Positions 57,736 to 64,000 of a stretch of DNA of 64,000 nucleotides are shown piece after piece. A program made the position numbers and the translations under genes. The stretch is taken from contig JADFNM010000001.1 in assembly GCA_022563395.1 (NCBI GenBank), forward strand, positions 83,891 through 147,890, written 5' to 3'. Numbering within the stretch: position 1 is the first letter of the stretch; every line of letters starts with the position of its first letter. Under the pieces are notes generated by a model. It had not been told where the DNA came from, did no database searches, and saw nothing but the letters and a program-made list of their open reading frames with translations. Origin of the DNA: Patescibacteria group bacterium (lineage in GTDB: Bacteria > Patescibacteriota > Minisyncoccia > Minisyncoccales > UBA10102).

Positions 57736-59664
57736 ATGGCAAAAAAACAAACTAAACAATCTGAATACGAAGCAAAGGACATCGTGGTTCTGGAGGGTTT
57801 AGATCCCGTCAGAAAACGTCCTGCAATGTACATTGGCTCCACAGGTCTTGATGGACTGCACCATTTGGTGTGGGAGGTGTTGGATAACAGCATTGATGAA
57901 GCCATGGCAGGATATGCAAAAAACATTGAGATTTCCTTGCTTCCCCAAAACCGGGTACAAGTTATTGATGACGGACGGGGCATCCCCGTTGAAAAACACC
58001 CCCAAACCAAGAAATCCACCCTAGAAACCGTCATGACCATTCTGCATGCAGGGGCAAAGTTTGGGAGCAAAGCATATCAGGTTTCAGGAGGTTTACACGG
58101 AGTAGGGGTTTCTGTGGTGAACGCCCTTTCTACCTATTTGAAAGCCGAGGTATGCAGGGACGGCATCCACTACCAGCAGGAATATTCCAAAGGAAAACCA
58201 AAGAGTCAAGTTAAGAAAGTGGGCAAGTGCAGAGGGTCTGGAACCAAGATTCTTTTTGAGCCAGATAGTGAGGTTTTCAAAGAAATTAAGTTTGATACAA
58301 AACGCATTATTAATCATTTGCGGCAACAGGCCTACCTTACCTCAGCTACCAAGATCACCCTTATAGACTTAAGAGAGAAGGAAAAGGAGTCTTATTCCTT
58401 TTACTTTGAGGGGGGGGTGGCTTCCTATGTTCTGTATCTTGTCAAAGATAGAACTCCAAAACATGACACTGTTTTTTACGTGAAGGGCGAGAAAGAAGGA
58501 ATATTGGTAGAGATTGCGTTCCAATACACAGAAGAGTTTGAGATTATGGAAGAAAGTTTTGCCAATAACATCTATACCCCGGAAGGCGGAACCCATCTCA
58601 CCGGTTTTCGATCTGCCCTGACAAGAACCTTAAACGAATATGCAAAGAAGAACAATTTTCTAAAAGGAGAGGAATCTCTTACCGGAGAGGATGTGCGGGA
58701 GGGAATGACTGCGGTGATTTCAGTGAAAATCCATGATCCTCAGTTTGAGGGACAGACCAAGGCAAAACTGGGAAACCCCGAGGCAAAGAACGTGGTGGAA
58801 AGCATTACGGCAGAGGCCTTGACCGATTATCTGGAACGCAACCCCCTAGATGGGCGAGCCATCATTGAAAAATGCATTCTTTCTTCCAAAGCCAGAAAGG
58901 CAGCTAAGGCAGCTCGCCAGATCGTGTTGAGAAAAGGAATACTGGAAGGATTGGCACTGCCAGGAAAGCTTGCTGACTGTGCTTCAAGAGATCCAGAAGA
59001 GTCAGAACTCTACATTGTAGAAGGGGAGTCAGCCGGGGGTTCTACCAAGCAGGCACGAAACCGAAGATTTCAGGCAGTATTGCCCCTGCGAGGCAAAATC
59101 TTGAATGTAGAGCGCGCAAGGCTAGACAAGATATTGACTTCAAAAGAAATTCGCGCATTGGTGATTGCCTTGGGAACTGCCATTGCAGAGGATTTTGACA
59201 TTGACAAGATTCGCTATCAACGCATCATTATCATGACCGATGCTGACGTAGATGGTTCTCACATTAGAGCTTTGCTCTTAACTTTGTTCTACCGATACTT
59301 TCGTCCCATAATTGAGCGAGGATATTTATACATTGCCCAACCTCCTTTATATAGAATACAACAGGGAAAGAATGTGCAGTATGCCTTTTCTGACCAAGAG
59401 CGGGATAAAATCGTCTCCAAGCTTAAAGCACAAAAGGGAGCCCCAGCAATGAATATACAGCGATACAAGGGGTTGGGTGAAATGAATCCCGAACAGCTAT
59501 GGGAAACCACCATGAACCCTGAACGTCGTGTCCTCTTGCAGGTCACCGTGGATAACGCCAGGGAGGCAGACAAGATCTTTGACGTGCTTATGGGAGACGA
59601 GGTTGCTCCAAGAAAGAAGTTTATCCAGACCTATGCAAAGTCCGTGAAGAATCTTGACATTTAG
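57736..59664 (+). CDS. gyrB: DNA gyrase subunit B
   Basis: VRKRPAMYIG, GGLHGVG, PLRGKILN, QRYKGLGEM. Confidence 0.96.
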   Translation: MAKKQTKQSEYEAKDIVVLEGLDPVRKRPAMYIGSTGLDGLHHLVWEVLDNSIDEAMAGYAKNIEISLLPQNRVQVIDDGRGIPVEKHPQTKKSTLETVMTILHAGAKFGSKAYQVSGGLHGVGVSVVNALSTYLKAEVCRDGIHYQQEYSKGKPKSQVKKVGKCRGSGTKILFEPDSEVFKEIKFDTKRIINHLRQQAYLTSATKITLIDLREKEKESYSFYFEGGVASYVLYLVKDRTPKHDTVFYVKGEKEGILVEIAFQYTEEFEIMEESFANNIYTPEGGTHLTGFRSALTRTLNEYAKKNNFLKGEESLTGEDVREGMTAVISVKIHDPQFEGQTKAKLGNPEAKNVVESITAEALTDYLERNPLDGRAIIEKCILSSKARKAAKAARQIVLRKGILEGLALPGKLADCASRDPEESELYIVEGESAGGSTKQARNRRFQAVLPLRGKILNVERARLDKILTSKEIRALVIALGTAIAEDFDIDKIRYQRIIIMTDADVDGSHIRALLLTLFYRYFRPIIERGYLYIAQPPLYRIQQGKNVQYAFSDQERDKIVSKLKAQKGAPAMNIQRYKGLGEMNPEQLWETTMNPERRVLLQVTVDNAREADKIFDVLMGDEVAPRKKFIQTYAKSVKNLDI

Positions 59665-59682
59665 TATAGTTATAGGTATAGT
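59654..59682 (+). promoter_or_regulatory. sigma70 promoter of secE-nusG-rplK
   Basis: TTGACA-17-TATAGT. Confidence 0.7.
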
Positions 59683-59697
59683 TTAAAACCCAAAGCA

Positions 59698-59892
59698 ATG
59701 CAAAATCCGCTTTCAAAACTTGGAACATTCCTCAAGGAATCTCATGGAGAGGCGAAAAAGGTAAACTGGCCCACTAAACAGCGTACCCTGCAAAACACTA
59801 TTTTGGTGATTATATTTTCGGTTGTTGTGGCTATATTCTTAAATACGTTTGACCTTTTGTTTAGTAATCTGCTAGAAAGGTTCATTTTGTAA
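59698..59892 (+). CDS. secE: Preprotein translocase SecE
   Basis: EAKKVNWP plus TM helix, upstream of nusG. Confidence 0.92.
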   Translation: MQNPLSKLGTFLKESHGEAKKVNWPTKQRTLQNTILVIIFSVVVAIFLNTFDLLFSNLLERFIL

Positions 59893-60437
59893 TGCCAAAA
59901 CAGCAAACAATACAAGAGCGAAATTGGTATGTTATTCACACGTACTCTGGATATGAAGACGCCGTAGCTCGTTCTCTCAAGCAAAGGATTGAATCTCTTA
60001 GCATGGAGGACAAGATATTTCAGATATTGGTTCCAAAGGAAAAAAAGATTAAGATAAAGTCAGGAAGGCGCCGAACCGTAGAAGAGAAAATCTATCCTGG
60101 ATATGTGCTGGTAGAGATGATTGTGACCGATGACTCGTGGTATGTGGTTAGAAATACCCCCAACGTTACCGGGTTCGTGGGAGCTGGAACCACCCCCATT
60201 CCCGTTTCTAAAGAGGAGATTGACTACTTAAAAGAACGCATGGGTCAAGAATCCCCACAGTACGACATTAGTGTGGCAGAGGGAGATGCGGTAAAGATTA
60301 TTGATGGCCCTTTTAAGGATTTTGACGGTAAGGTTTCAGAGATTGACCAAGAGCGGGGAAAGATAAAAGTGCTGGTAAATATGTTTGGTCGCGATACCCC
60401 CGTAGAGCTGGATTCGCTTCAGATACAGAAGTTATAA
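59892..60437 (+). CDS. nusG: Transcription factor NusG
   Basis: WYVIHTYSGYE, PGYVLVEM, FGRDTPVEL. Confidence 0.97.
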   Translation: MPKQQTIQERNWYVIHTYSGYEDAVARSLKQRIESLSMEDKIFQILVPKEKKIKIKSGRRRTVEEKIYPGYVLVEMIVTDDSWYVVRNTPNVTGFVGAGTTPIPVSKEEIDYLKERMGQESPQYDISVAEGDAVKIIDGPFKDFDGKVSEIDQERGKIKVLVNMFGRDTPVELDSLQIQKL

Positions 60438-60454
60438 TTATATTTATTGGGTTT

Positions 60455-60880
60455 ATGGCAAAAAAAATAAAGGCGCAAATAAAGTTACACATTAAGGCAG
60501 GGGAGGCGACTCCCGCTCCTCCTGTTGGTCCGACGCTGGCCCCTCATGGACTGAACATAGGGGAGTTTTGCCAGAAGTTTAACGATGCTACCCGTGAAAT
60601 GAAGGGATTCAAGATCCCAGTAGATATTGTAATTTACGGAGACCGGAGCTATGACTTTACAGTCCACCAACCTCAAGCCTCAGAGCTTTTAAAACGTGCT
60701 GCAGGTATTGAGAAAGGATCTGGTCAACCCAATAAACTGAAAGTTGCAAAGATAAGTAAGACGCAACTGGAAGAGATTGCAAAACAGAAAATGCCGGATC
60801 TCAACACAGACAATCTTGAATCTGCCGTAAAAACTATTGAAGGAACCGCAAAAAGCTTAGGCATAGAAATAATCTCATAG
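60455..60880 (+). CDS. rplK: 50S ribosomal protein L11
   Basis: ATPAPPVGP, FCQKFN, GTAKSLG. Confidence 0.97.
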   Translation: MAKKIKAQIKLHIKAGEATPAPPVGPTLAPHGLNIGEFCQKFNDATREMKGFKIPVDIVIYGDRSYDFTVHQPQASELLKRAAGIEKGSGQPNKLKVAKISKTQLEEIAKQKMPDLNTDNLESAVKTIEGTAKSLGIEIIS

Positions 60881-60888
60881 TACGCATT

Positions 60889-61467
60889 ATGATACTGTCT
60901 GACCGAGACATTAAAAAGTCCATCCAGGAAGGGAAAATCATTATGTCCCCAGCCCCCAACTATGAAGAGCAGCTGGGGCCTTGTTCTTTGGACCTTCATT
61001 TAGGTAACGTCATGAAGGTATTTAAGACCACCTCCTATCCTTATCTGGACTTAAAGCGGGAAATCAATTTTGAAGAGTTGATGGATGAAATCACGGTAAA
61101 AGAGGGGGATCCCTTTGTGTTGCAGCCGGGAGCCTTTGCCCTGGCAATAACCAGAGAGGAGTTTACTCTCCCAGACGACATCATGGGGCGCTTGGACGGC
61201 AGGAGTTCCCTTGGACGCCTTGGCATTGTGGTGCATTCCACCGCAGCCCGTTTTGACCCAGGGTGGTCAGGAAAAGCTGTCATGGAATTGGGAAACCTTG
61301 GGCCAAGTCCGGTCATCTTGTATGAGGGCATGAGAATTTGCGCCTTAACCTTTGAAACGTTAACCTCTCCTGTTGAGGAATCCTACGCCAAAAGCAGCAA
61401 GCGAAAATACTCGCACCAACAAAAACCCCAGGCAAGCAAGATAAACAAAGAATTTAGCGAAAGTTAG
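60889..61467 (+). CDS. dcd: dCTP deaminase
   Basis: MILSDRDI, GRSSLGRLG, FDPGWSG..MELGN. Confidence 0.9.
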   Translation: MILSDRDIKKSIQEGKIIMSPAPNYEEQLGPCSLDLHLGNVMKVFKTTSYPYLDLKREINFEELMDEITVKEGDPFVLQPGAFALAITREEFTLPDDIMGRLDGRSSLGRLGIVVHSTAARFDPGWSGKAVMELGNLGPSPVILYEGMRICALTFETLTSPVEESYAKSSKRKYSHQQKPQASKINKEFSES

Positions 61468-62420
61468 GTCGACTTTTTGACCTCCTCCTTTTCATACAGT
61501 CCTCCTGCCACCGTGAGTTCTCCCTTGATGGCAGGGTAGGGATCGTAGTTTTCCAATGATACAAGATCTGGATGGAAATCATCCAGCTCTTTTATTTTAG
61601 GATCCAATATAACGTGCGGGAAAGGTCTTGGTTCTCTTTTTAGTTGTTCTTTGACCTGTTCAACATGATTCTCATAAATGTGGGCATCTCCAAAAGTATG
61701 TATAAATTCACCAGGTTTCACCCCCAGGATTTGGGCTAATACTTTTGTAAGCAAAGCATAGCTTGCAATATTAAATGGGACTCCTAAAAAGAGATCAGCT
61801 GATCTCTGATAGAGTTGAAGATAGAGTTTCCCACCTTTCAAGGATATTTGATACATATTGTGGCAAATAGGAAAACGGGAAGCATCCTCTTCTTGCGCCA
61901 TTGTATAGAGGTATTCGGGGTTCCATGAGGTAACAATGGCATTCCGAGCAAAGGGGTCTTCTTTAAGCTCATCTACAATCCATTGAAGTTGGTCTATAGT
62001 ATCGCCTCGTTTGGTGGGCCATTTTCTCCACATCTCCCCATATATTCGAGGAAGTTCTCCATGTTCTTTCGCAAATTCTTGGTCCTGTGCGATTTTGGCG
62101 ATGAATTCTTCTTTGGAAAGTTCTGGAACACCCTGTTTTTGGGAGTAAATCTTGTAGGGATAATCATCCCAGATATGAACATTGTTGTCTACTAAGTATT
62201 TAATGTTGGTTTGGCCAGTCAAGAACCAATAAAGCTCATGGAGAACCCCTTTCCAGTACACTTTCTTAGTGGTTAAAAGAGGAAATCCCTCTGTAAGGTC
62301 ATAGCGGATTTGCCTGCCAAACACACTCCAGGATTTGGCTCCAGTACCCCTGTCTACGTTTTCTGTGCCTTTCTCAAGGACCTCTTTGAGCAAGTTGAGA
62401 TATTGGTATTCCGGATGCAT
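61464..62420 (-). CDS. thyA: Thymidylate synthase
   Basis: FPLLTTKK, PICH, YQRSADLFLGVPFN, DAHIYENH; start at MHPEYQY. Confidence 0.95.
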   Translation of the reverse strand: MHPEYQYLNLLKEVLEKGTENVDRGTGAKSWSVFGRQIRYDLTEGFPLLTTKKVYWKGVLHELYWFLTGQTNIKYLVDNNVHIWDDYPYKIYSQKQGVPELSKEEFIAKIAQDQEFAKEHGELPRIYGEMWRKWPTKRGDTIDQLQWIVDELKEDPFARNAIVTSWNPEYLYTMAQEEDASRFPICHNMYQISLKGGKLYLQLYQRSADLFLGVPFNIASYALLTKVLAQILGVKPGEFIHTFGDAHIYENHVEQVKEQLKREPRPFPHVILDPKIKELDDFHPDLVSLENYDPYPAIKGELTVAGGLYEKEEVKKST

Positions 62421-62455
62421 TATGATACTATAGCAGAGACAAATAATGCGGGTCA

Positions 62456-62500
62456 ATATCTCCTAAATGAAATTAAGAAATCCTAAATTTCGTTTAAGCA
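62456..62500 (-). repeat. Box pair in reverse orientation between divergent thyA and folA
   Basis: atatct-cctaaatgaaattaaga-aat-cctaaatttcgtttaag. Confidence 0.88.
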
Positions 62501-62507
62501 ACCAACA

Positions 62508-63029
62508 ATGACAACTTTTATTATAGCAGCCCTTACTGCAGATGGCTTTATTGGGAAAGATTCTACCCACTCGCCCTTAACTTGGAGGAGCGAGGGTGAT
62601 AGGAAGTTTTTTATTGAGCGTACCAAACAAGCTGGTCTCGCCATTATGGGATTGAACACGGCAAAAACGTCAAAACGACCCCTTCCAGGTCGCCGCAATA
62701 TTATTTATGCTGACAACAAAGATCAGTTGCTTCACTGGCAAGAATATGGAGAGTGGGAAATAACCCAGGATAACCCAAAAGAGTTGCTTTCTCGTCTTAA
62801 AAAAGATGGACACAAAGAAATTGCCATCTGCGGAGGAGCTACCATCTACACCATGTTCATGGAACAGAACCTCGTGGATAAACTCTATTTGAGCATTGAG
62901 CCAGTGTTATTCGGAAAAGGCATTACCCTGTTTAACAAAGAATTAGATACAAAGCTTCAACTTAAAAACGTATCAAAATTAGGCGAGCAGACAATTTTAC
63001 TAGAATATAACGTGCTAAAACTTCGTTAA
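62508..63029 (+). CDS. folA: Dihydrofolate reductase
   Basis: DGFIG, IMGLNT, RPLPGRRNI, ICGGATIY. Confidence 0.85.
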   Translation: MTTFIIAALTADGFIGKDSTHSPLTWRSEGDRKFFIERTKQAGLAIMGLNTAKTSKRPLPGRRNIIYADNKDQLLHWQEYGEWEITQDNPKELLSRLKKDGHKEIAICGGATIYTMFMEQNLVDKLYLSIEPVLFGKGITLFNKELDTKLQLKNVSKLGEQTILLEYNVLKLR

Positions 63030-63039
63030 ACGAATTCTG

Positions 63040-63081
63040 CTTAAATCTTGTTTAGGTGCGGATAACTAAATGAGATTTAAG
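63040..63081. repeat. Box pair with DnaA-box-like spacer, same layout as 5289-5330
   Basis: cttaaatcttgtttagg-tgcggata-actaaatgagatttaag. Confidence 0.85.
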
Positions 63082-63096
63082 TAAAAAGGAATATCT

Positions 63097-63636
63097 ATGG
63101 TATTGGGGATTAAAGAATTACATCAATTGGTCAAAGAAAAAAATCTTGTAACCAATTTATCACAGCGAGAGCTTGAAAACCCGGAAGGCGCCGGTTTTGA
63201 TTTAAGAATAGGAGAGCTGTACGAGATTTCTGGACAGGGTTTTTTGGGCGAGACAGAGCGGGAAACTCCAAAGATGAAGCTCGTTGAAAAATACGAGGAG
63301 GGAAAAACCAATGAGATACAACTCAAGCCCCACACTTACTATCTTTTAAAAACCGTGGAGGATGTAAACATGCCGGAGAATCTCTTGGCCATTATGACGC
63401 CTCGCTCCACTCTGTTTCGCTCTGGTGTCTACATCTTTGGAGGGCAAGTTCCCCCTGGATATCAAGGGGGTCTTAACATGGGCATCTATAACTACCGAGA
63501 TACGGATTTTCGTCTTGAAATGGGGGCTCGTGTAGTACATATTATGTTTTTTGAGGTAAAAGGTGAAGGAAATCTCTATCGCGGCCAGTGGCAGGGTGGG
63601 CGGGTAACCACAGAACAAAAAGAAACTCAGGTATAA
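63097..63636 (+). CDS. Trimeric dUTPase/dCTP deaminase family protein
   Basis: GAGFDLR, PRSTLFRSG, PGYQG, YRGQWQGG. Confidence 0.82.
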   Translation: MVLGIKELHQLVKEKNLVTNLSQRELENPEGAGFDLRIGELYEISGQGFLGETERETPKMKLVEKYEEGKTNEIQLKPHTYYLLKTVEDVNMPENLLAIMTPRSTLFRSGVYIFGGQVPPGYQGGLNMGIYNYRDTDFRLEMGARVVHIMFFEVKGEGNLYRGQWQGGRVTTEQKETQV

Positions 63637-63656
63637 AACACGAGGCCCCTGGAGTT

Positions 63657-64000
63657 TTATCTCACAGGGGCCTGTTTATCGAGTGAAACGCCAAGCGTGT
63701 TTGCAACTCGTACGAGCCACGCGAATATATCGGCGAGCTCTTCTTCCATGCCCTCCTTGCTATTTTTGTTGATCGCCTCGTCAAGCTCAAGAACTTCATC
63801 CCTGAAGTGCTGAGTCTCTTCTGCGAGGGTATGATGCGGGGGGAATACCTCCCCGAGCATTTCCTGAATCCGCCAGAGATGATTTTCTTTCGGAGGAAAC
63901 CCTGGATAGAGCTTGTACGGCGGTTTTACCTCATCATCCCAGCAGACGCAAGGGTTGCTGTGACAACGTGGGCATTGGTTGCGGTACTTCTTTCTTACCG
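63657..64000 (-). CDS. MazG-like pyrophosphohydrolase with Cys cluster, 5' partial
   Basis: Frame open to the window end: KYRNQCPRCHSNPCVC...DEVLELDEA...EELADIFAW. Confidence 0.75.
   Translation of the reverse strand, partial: VRKKYRNQCPRCHSNPCVCWDDEVKPPYKLYPGFPPKENHLWRIQEMLGEVFPPHHTLAEETQHFRDEVLELDEAINKNSKEGMEEELADIFAWLVRVANTLGVSLDKQAPVR

Noticed and set aside
61451..61468. Additional box at the dcd/thyA convergence
   Set aside because: tttagcgaaagttagg is too degenerate to count.
14069..63081. Box clusters as CRISPR mini-arrays or classical integron attC sites
   Set aside because: Boxes are 17 bp, inverted and dispersed, with related linkers. No consistent RYYYAAC...GTTRRRY ends and no intI in the window; only the ggttYtaac after SDR and dapF is suggestive.
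1..64000. Alternative genetic code (UGA=Gly, as in Gracilibacteria/Absconditabacteria)
   Set aside because: Conserved genes (rpsG, rplE, rpmJ) end at TGA at the expected lengths and no core gene is interrupted by TGA.

Overview
Core-genome window of a small-genome bacterium, most likely Patescibacteria (CPR, Parcubacteria-like). This is inferred from the lack of rpmD/L30 between rpsE and rplO, the lack of rplA/L1 after rplK, shortened AlaRS/ProRS/PheT, and few Shine-Dalgarno sites. It carries the str, S10, spc and alpha ribosomal gene blocks, several aminoacyl-tRNA synthetases, gatCA, murA, two mreB, gyrB, secE-nusG-rplK, four tRNAs and a dTTP-metabolism cluster. The main unexplained signal is a dispersed 17-bp quasi-palindromic box (CCTAAATGAAATTAAGG / CTTAAACGAGATTTAAG type). 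I counted about 38 copies by eye at 17 loci, mostly as inverted pairs and composite ~110-bp elements with helically phased spacing. The elements bracket single accessory genes (SDR, MazG-like, LMF, dapF, pyrFE, folA) sitting between core genes, supply stop codons and promoter/terminator parts, and occur once in-frame inside rplV. No recombinase or transposase is visible in the window. Other points: nested hairpin repeats, a candidate 6S-like ncRNA, a 3x38-bp tandem repeat before tuf, RpoA without a recognisable CTD, MurA Cys-to-Asp, and many apparently leaderless genes. All calls are by eye, without database searches.
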